Assembly: GCA_038231435.1 (NCBI GenBank)
Contig: JBBRLJ010000066.1
Location: 1 to 20,960, forward strand
DNA from: Planctomycetota bacterium
GTDB taxonomy: Bacteria; Planctomycetota; UBA11346
DNA: 20,960 bases
Reading direction: 5' to 3'
Shown: one piece after another, positions 15,801-20,960 of the stretch
How positions within the stretch are numbered: the stretch's first letter is position 1
Layout of the letters: each line of letters opens with the position of its first letter
Notes under the pieces: generated by a model
What the model saw: the letters and a program-made list of their open reading frames with translations, nothing else
Told to the model about the DNA's origin: nothing
Database searches by the model: none
Program-made: the position numbers and the translations under genes

Positions 15801-18490
15801 GCGATGGTCGCCGGTACCTTGGCGAAGACGGTGAAGGATGCGGAGGTCCGCTCCTCGGCGGCGTCGACGACGCCCGGCGGCAATGACGCCATCGCCGCCA
15901 CCAGCGCTGGATCGAGAGCGCCGGAGCGGGAGCGCAGGCGATCGGCTCCGAGCTCGACCAGCGGACCGCCCGCCGGCCCGGCGGCGAGACGCAGGTACGA
16001 ACCGCCGCCCCCCTGCATGAATTCGAGCTTCAGCGGATGCCAGCCGGCGGCGAGGGTCACGGTTCCGGCATAGGCGATGGGCGGATGGCCGCTCCACGCC
16101 TCGGGTCCGATCAGATCCTTGCCGGCGACGTTCAGCCGCACGCCGTCGTCGGCGGTGGCCTGGAATGTCCAGTCCCCGGCCACGGGCACCTGTACTTCGC
16201 CCTCCCAACGCGCGCTGAAATTGAAGGCGCCGATGTCCGGGATCTGGCGGTTGTCGATCACCGGCAGGCCGGTCTCGGCGAAGACGCGTTCGCCCTGCAG
16301 ATCGAGCCCACGATAGAAGCTCGCGGCAAGCCCCGGCGACTCCGTGCCGGCGCGCCAACCGCGATCGCCACGCACGATCGCCAGCGAACGCGACAGGCGC
16401 GCGTCGGAGACCTCGCAGCGGGAGATCAGCGCATCCGCCTCGAGCCGCGCCACCAGGATGGCGAGATCATGGCGGAACAGCGCGAGATCCTGGACCGCCG
16501 CCTCGGCCACCGCGGACCCGTACGTCATCGGAGCGGGCCCGGCGGGCGGCTTCTCTCCGGCCGCGGCCGCCACGGCGATGGCGCGCATCTGCTCTGACTG
16601 GCCAGCGGTCCAGACGGCGAGTTCGCGGCCGAGATTTCCGAGCTCGGCATCGAGTCGCACCTCGTTGCCACGGGATTTCACCGCGCCTTCCGCGATCAAT
16701 GCCGCGGCCGCCTTGCCCAAGCCGTGCTGCCAGACCCCCACGCGGTCCTCGAGGATGGCGAGATCTCCGCGCGCCGACGACGGGTCGTCGCGCACGCCCG
16801 CGCGCGCGAGCGCAGCCCAGCCGCGCGCCTGGGTCTTCACCGAGGCCGATTGCGTGTCGACGTCAGCGAGCAACGCGCGCAGCCGCTCCGCCTGTGCCGC
16901 GACCGCGCCGTCCTCGGCCTTGCCGATCACCAAGTTGATGCTCTCGCTGCGGGCGCTCTGCCCGCCGACATCGGTGGCGATCGCGGTGACGGTCACGCTG
17001 TCGCCATCGGCGAGTCCCCACTCCGACAGTTCGAGGGTCGCGGACAGCGCGGCATCCTTCACCACCTTGGCGACCACCTGGGCGCCCGCCTGGACGCCCG
17101 TCTGGACGGCGCCTGTGACGGGAGCGGCTGGCAGCGGCAGGACGCGGCGCTGCGACTGCTGGTCGTGCACGACCTCGAGCTCGATGCGCCTCAAGCCCAG
17201 ATCATCCGCCGCGGAGGCGGTCATCAGCACCGCTTCGTCGGCGCCGACCAGACCTCCTGCCAGGGTCGGAGCCGCGAGCGTTACCGTCGGCGGCTTGTCC
17301 GGCACCACCGTCAGCAGCCAGCGCTGCGGAGACTCGGTCGACAGGCCGCTGACGCCGACCAGGCGCAGGCCATAGGCGAGATCTGCCGTGGGCCTCAGCT
17401 CGGCGTGGGCCTTGGCGCCAACGTGTTCCTGCGCGGGCTCGATGAACGCCGCCTGTTCGGAGCCGTCGAGCAGGACACTCGCCGAGGACACCGCCTCGCC
17501 CGACAACTCGGCAAGGAGCGAGACGCTGCTGCCGGCGACGATCTCGGCGTCGCCGCCATCGACATCGCGCGTGCCGAGGCCGGTGTAGGACGGCGGAGTG
17601 ATGCGCAGGCTCAGGTGGTCGATGCGCGGCGGCACCGCGACCGAGACCCGGAACGCTCGGCTCTCAGCGTCGCCAGCGCGTGCGGCATAGCTGAACGCGC
17701 GGGTCACGGCGCCGAGCTGATACACGAATCGTGACGGGCTGGTCTGGGTCATCGTCACGGTCTCGTGCACGCCATCCTGCCAGACGATGGCGAGCTCGGC
17801 CCCCGCCACCGACGGCTCGGCGGCCACCTCGATGGCCAGCGGCGATCCGAGCGCGAGCAGCCGGTCACCAGGCAGCACGGACAACGACACGCGCGCCGGC
17901 CGCGCGATGCCGGCACCCGGCAGCAGCGCGCGCAAGTACAGGGACGGCACCCCGGGCACCAGCCCCGCGGCGCACATCAACGCCGCGAGCGCGACGGCCG
18001 GCACGAGCGCGCGTCGCGCAGGGCGGTGGTCGACCAGGGTAGATGGATCGAGCGAGGCCGCGTCCTGCGCGGCGAGCGCGATGGTGCGGTTGACCATCCA
18101 CTCGCTGACCCCGGTGGCCGGGATCAGCGCGAGCTGGACCGCCGAGCTCAGCCGCTCGTCGAGGGTGCCGACCCGGCGCTCGATCGCACGGGCGCTGGCG
18201 ATCGGGCTGGGTTCGCGCAGGAACGGCACCACCGAGCGGGCGATGAAGACGCCCGAGACCGCGGCCAGGGATGACAGGCTCATGGCCAGGCGCAGGCCGT
18301 AGCCAGGATGCAGGCAGAGGTCGACGGCGGCGATGCCGGCGACGGCGATGCCTCCCACGATCGCGGTCTCGCCGATCCCACGCCACACCATCACGCGCTG
18401 GTGGCGCTGGTCGTAGGCCAGCAGGGCGTTGCCGAGGGCGGGTGGGAGCGGCTTGTTGCCCGGCATGCACTTGGGAACGGGCGGAATCAC
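12884..18490 (-). CDS. Large membrane-anchored protein (DUF4175-like: N-terminal TMs, Ig-like domains, long Ala-rich coiled coil) with inserted PA14 domain
   Basis: Three N-terminal hydrophobic segments, LDERLSSAVQL, ITPPSYTGL, VVPDKPPTV and AADDLGL. PA14 motifs FSARWEGEV and ADDGVRL. C-terminal WARL...AIRAYLRRL. ATG 18466 is an alternative start. Confidence 0.85.
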   Translation of the reverse strand: MIPPVPKCMPGNKPLPPALGNALLAYDQRHQRVMVWRGIGETAIVGGIAVAGIAAVDLCLHPGYGLRLAMSLSSLAAVSGVFIARSVVPFLREPSPIASARAIERRVGTLDERLSSAVQLALIPATGVSEWMVNRTIALAAQDAASLDPSTLVDHRPARRALVPAVALAALMCAAGLVPGVPSLYLRALLPGAGIARPARVSLSVLPGDRLLALGSPLAIEVAAEPSVAGAELAIVWQDGVHETVTMTQTSPSRFVYQLGAVTRAFSYAARAGDAESRAFRVSVAVPPRIDHLSLRITPPSYTGLGTRDVDGGDAEIVAGSSVSLLAELSGEAVSSASVLLDGSEQAAFIEPAQEHVGAKAHAELRPTADLAYGLRLVGVSGLSTESPQRWLLTVVPDKPPTVTLAAPTLAGGLVGADEAVLMTASAADDLGLRRIELEVVHDQQSQRRVLPLPAAPVTGAVQTGVQAGAQVVAKVVKDAALSATLELSEWGLADGDSVTVTAIATDVGGQSARSESINLVIGKAEDGAVAAQAERLRALLADVDTQSASVKTQARGWAALARAGVRDDPSSARGDLAILEDRVGVWQHGLGKAAAALIAEGAVKSRGNEVRLDAELGNLGRELAVWTAGQSEQMRAIAVAAAAGEKPPAGPAPMTYGSAVAEAAVQDLALFRHDLAILVARLEADALISRCEVSDARLSRSLAIVRGDRGWRAGTESPGLAASFYRGLDLQGERVFAETGLPVIDNRQIPDIGAFNFSARWEGEVQVPVAGDWTFQATADDGVRLNVAGKDLIGPEAWSGHPPIAYAGTVTLAAGWHPLKLEFMQGGGGSYLRLAAGPAGGPLVELGADRLRSRSGALDPALVAAMASLPPGVVDAAEERTSASFTVFAKVPATIAAFADTASSESIKRIADDAKVAGDALAAMAQARALWTVTELDRSLAPISAMVQAARTARDQVAAQVREVGIRHPALGAMAELRQAMNRAHDRLERIYHLPADLLPADRRQSADRAMAATRSWFEQMLRDAPRARAELLSDAGADARTRLSQAITSRKAAAVSDLLRETIARVDRIKDSAQEAPEIGQYWKRIDDLLRATETSEGAAHRFARADAAREALTQLQALKQAESLNKPAEALRRYAALHDAVEEMAQAEHAEGKDTTARELEVMVGADRQSADLPKLEARLREYDRQDRGWQPDSAKDTAAALKQAAERLAQADDAHRPQALAEARLATREAALATAAEGERRREAAPTPEQKRDQASGFSALAHDLDRFADKGQEPAELSRLADRAAALAGNKGEQEQHRESAVAAPASPEAEALEKLAHDLAEASAHAEKRPEALAELKVASAEHRDPATDPARAAQVAQGLAEALTADQQTREAEAEARHRFAADQAEAAAAAEALAAKAAAASVAAQDPQTKAAMAAVPTSAQPAVAAANALAAKAADGNSPTDQLADEARAEAARLEQAVARPIAEAFKRSGNDADAAALADLGRQAAALAARQRQAAERLDHLERQRLAGQERLAEAIDAAVTLAGTEPSAEAAQAQARADAAQHQAGMAATDATKAWNEARAQAERSAAAPGDAGMAAQAATNRATAEAQQQHAGQAQQAAAAAQADAATASAGQDALAAAPLVAAQARGLADAESAARRLAEASAPLAQASADGERTAARAAAAAGRQADARMRASAEALQQQLASASATAAALSAKSPAETSSPSSPTSPTSPTSPTSPSSSPSSSPSGPSNSDIAAQAMAAIAADPAKAESFQQAAHILGDAAEARRMDAASAASAASAQARAGAQPSGTSDKHSAEGDAGSAAKLDLKSEKDDRPEWARLSDKARRNVRVDGVERFSEEHQEAIRAYLRRLGEEK
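13301..13345. repeat. In-frame 9-bp tandem repeat encoding (SPT)n linker
   Basis: aggagacgt x5, three copies perfect. Confidence 0.85.
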
Positions 18491-18539
18491 CCCCTGTGAC
18501 CCCTCCCGGCGCCGGCCGGGCCGGAACGGGACGGTTGGC

Positions 18540-20096
18540 TCAGGTCGCGAGCTCGCTCAGGTCGAGCACCGCCTCCACGTCGTCCTCGATCACCACCAAT
18601 TCGTCGGCGATGAAGGCCTCGTCGGGCGAATCGATGGCCACGCCGACCAGCGCCAGCGCCTGGCGCAGCATCGCATCCGCACCAGCCTCACTGGCGGAAA
18701 CGGTCGCGACGGTGGCGGCAGGCAGGTCGCGTAGCGACGCCAGCTGCTTCTCTAGCCGCTGCGCCACGAGCCGTGCTCCCTCGGCCGGCGTGCCGGGAAG
18801 CAGTACGGCGAGCACATCTTCTGACCACACGCAGGCGACGTCGAGTTTGCGCAGCACTGCCGTCACCGCCGACCAGGCGCCGTCGGCGCACTCGGCGAAG
18901 CGCTCGGGAGCCGAGGTGCGCAAGTGCTCGAGACCCTCGAGCCGGGCGAGCAGCAGCGATGCCGGGACCCCATAGCTGCGGTAACGGCTGACCTCGCGCG
19001 ACAACTCGTTGAGGAAATACGAACGCGAGTGCAGGCTCGCCTGGTGGTTGCGCAGCGCGGCGGCCAGACCGTAGCCGGCTATGCGGCCCGAGGCGACCGC
19101 CTCTTCGGCTTGCGCGGTCAGCTCGTAGGCGTGGACCACCAGCTCCTTGGTGCGCTCGGGCGTGCAGGTCTGGTGGCAATCGAGGCAACGCGCGAGCATC
19201 AGCGTCTTCTCGGCGCACGTGCCGCAGGCCCGGCAGCGGTACTGGTTCTCGATCCGATCGTGATCCGCCCCCTGCACGAGTAGCGGATGCCCGCAGCCGG
19301 CACACGCCAGGCCCGAGCCCTTGCGCGAGCGCGCGAGGGTGTCGACGTGTCCGCAGGCGCGATGCTTGAGCATCGGTTCGTAGCGGTAATCGGCGGATTC
19401 GCAGGCCGCGCAGACTTCGCCGAAGACCAAGTGGTGACTCGCGCACGATGGGCACTTGCGCATGCGGTGCGCGATCGTCCTGCGGCATAGGCCCATCTCG
19501 GCGAGGCGCTCGAGCAGATTGTGGTCGTCGATGGTGAATCCGAAAGCCGCCGTCACCGCCGGATAGCAGAATCCCGTTCCCTGCTCGGGGGCGAGGACCG
19601 GCGCGACGACGCGGTGCTCGTCCTCGAGCAGATCCTCGAGGAAGGCCAGGTAGGCGTCGTCCGGAATCACCGCCGGAATGCGCTGCATGGCGACCACCAG
19701 CAGCTGTTCGACGCGATCGAGGAAGGCGCCCTGGGTGAACGGCTTGATCAGGCAGCGGTCGAAGCGGCTGCGACGCTTCCATGGCGCCGGTCCGGACTCG
19801 GCCTGGTCGGCGATGACCAGCATGGTGGTGCAGCGGACGTGCAGCGCGTGCGAGCTGGAGAGCAGCTGGGCCGCGCCGCCCGAGGACATCGCCACGATCG
19901 CCAGATCGTAGCGTTCGGGCAGCTCGAGCTGGTCGTCGGCGGCCACGATCATCTCATCGAGCTTCAGCTGGAAGACCTCGGGCTCGTTGCCTGATAGCGA
20001 CTCCGCGATGTGCAGCTCTCCGCCGAGCTCGTCGCGCAGATCGCGCGCGACGGCTTCGGAATCGCACACCAACAGGATCCGGCATTCGGCGCGCAT
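18540..20096 (-). CDS. Signalling protein: pseudo-receiver + TackOD1-like zinc-ribbon domain + degenerate GGDEF domain
   Basis: REC-like RILLVCD..YDLAIVA..LIKPF. The central region has YP..LERLAEMGL followed by CPSC, CAAC, HRAC, CAGC, CRAC and CLDC. The C-terminus has the GGDEF-fold pattern SRSYFLNELSREVSR..SLLLARLEGL..LRKLDVACVWSEDVLAVLLP. Confidence 0.8.
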   Translation of the reverse strand: MRAECRILLVCDSEAVARDLRDELGGELHIAESLSGNEPEVFQLKLDEMIVAADDQLELPERYDLAIVAMSSGGAAQLLSSSHALHVRCTTMLVIADQAESGPAPWKRRSRFDRCLIKPFTQGAFLDRVEQLLVVAMQRIPAVIPDDAYLAFLEDLLEDEHRVVAPVLAPEQGTGFCYPAVTAAFGFTIDDHNLLERLAEMGLCRRTIAHRMRKCPSCASHHLVFGEVCAACESADYRYEPMLKHRACGHVDTLARSRKGSGLACAGCGHPLLVQGADHDRIENQYRCRACGTCAEKTLMLARCLDCHQTCTPERTKELVVHAYELTAQAEEAVASGRIAGYGLAAALRNHQASLHSRSYFLNELSREVSRYRSYGVPASLLLARLEGLEHLRTSAPERFAECADGAWSAVTAVLRKLDVACVWSEDVLAVLLPGTPAEGARLVAQRLEKQLASLRDLPAATVATVSASEAGADAMLRQALALVGVAIDSPDEAFIADELVVIEDDVEAVLDLSELAT

Positions 20097-20287
20097 GAGG
20101 CCGATAGTGGACAGGGAAGCCGCACGGCCATGGAGTGGCGGGGCTTCCTTCGACAAGGAGTCGAGCGGACAGCTGCTTGCAGGGGCGCCCTAGCACCTGG
20201 CAGGGGAAAAACGTCCTGGGTGGAGCGTCCCCGGGTGGAGCATCCCTCGGCCCTGGCGCGCCCGGAGGGCACGGCAGACTGGGGACA

Positions 20288-20662
20288 ATGGACGCAGCGC
20301 CCCTCCCCCTCCCTGGATCACGCCCCGGATTCGACTGGCCGAAGCTCCTCCTGCTGGTCGGCACTGGCGGCGCCGTGGCGGTGGTGGCTGCCTGCCTGGT
20401 GGCGCTCGCCCTGGGCCGCGGCCAGACGCTCGCCCATTTCATGTCTCTGTTCCTGGCCTGCTTCGCGATCGTGAAGTTCGCCGTCGCGGCCCGCGCCGTG
20501 CGCGAGGTCCGAGGCGTCGCCAGCGGCGGCAGCGATCCTCGCGAGTTCTATGGCACCCCTGGCCGCTTCTGGCTGTGGGTGGGAATGAAGGCCTTCGTGG
20601 CGGTCTTGGCGCTGGGCTCGGCGATCTTCATCTTCGTCCACGGTCCTGGCTCGCTTGCTTAG
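20288..20662 (+). CDS. Hypothetical membrane protein (3 predicted TM helices)
   Basis: ATG at 20288 after ggggac, three hydrophobic segments, and GC3-rich codons. Confidence 0.75.
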   Translation: MDAAPLPLPGSRPGFDWPKLLLLVGTGGAVAVVAACLVALALGRGQTLAHFMSLFLACFAIVKFAVAARAVREVRGVASGGSDPREFYGTPGRFWLWVGMKAFVAVLALGSAIFIFVHGPGSLA

Positions 20663-20919
20663 GTTTCGGGGGGCTACGCCCCCCGGGCCCCCCACGGCCT
20701 TTGTCGTCCTTCTTTTTGGCCCTGCGGGCCAAAAAGTTTGCGTGATGGGCTGCGCCCATTGTTCACGCAAACCAGGACTCGGCGGCCGCTGATGTTTCGG
20801 GGGGCTACGCCCCCCGGGCCCCCCACGGCCTTTGTCGTCCTTCTTTTTGTCCCTGCTGGCCAAAAAGTTTGCGTGATGGGCTGGGCCCATTATTCACGCA
20901 AACCAGGCCTCGGCGGCCG
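20663..20919. repeat. Two tandem ~126-bp multi-hairpin REP/MITE-like elements (period 131 bp)
   Basis: 20663-20788 and 20794-20919 differ by about 5 substitutions. A probable further unit starts at 20942 (ggggctccgcccccaaccc). Confidence 0.93.
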
Positions 20920-20960
20920 GTCGCTTCGCTCCGGCTTGAGCGGGGCTCCGCCCCCAACCC

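Noticed and set aside
245..20890. Numerous long overlapping/antisense ORFs (e.g. 6246-7952, 2685-4118, 18688-19782, 20318-20890)
   Set aside because: They are shadow frames expected at very high GC, overlap well-supported genes or repeats, and show no recognisable motifs.
1..20960. Composite mobile element bounded by direct repeats
   Set aside because: The content is housekeeping (priA, dapD, aroK, rnpA), there is no recombinase, and the terminal copies are diverged. Dispersed repeats explain it better.

Overview
A very GC-rich, mostly housekeeping bacterial region. The protein repertoire suggests Planctomycetota/PVC, which is an inference. On the minus strand lie a secreted FecR-like protein with 15-aa Ala-rich repeats, dapD, priA, a 4HBT-family thioesterase and aroK; an exbB-exbD-rnpA-yidD unit lacking rpmH and yidC; and a group comprising a pseudo-receiver/zinc-ribbon/degenerate-GGDEF protein, a 1868-aa membrane-anchored Ig/coiled-coil protein with an inserted PA14 domain, and a coupled secreted prenyltransferase-like barrel protein. 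On the plus strand lie a membrane Ser/Thr kinase, a stand-alone FHA protein and a small membrane protein. The intergenic DNA carries at least three families of short palindromic repeats. The first is a ~126-bp multi-hairpin REP-like element at both window ends, with a compensatory base-pair change and GNA triloops. The second is a heptamer-built hairpin in 3 copies, one translated as the YidD tail. The third is a 28-bp repeat in 3 copies. No rRNA, tRNA, transposase or CRISPR-cas was recognised. All family calls come from motif recognition by eye, not database searches.
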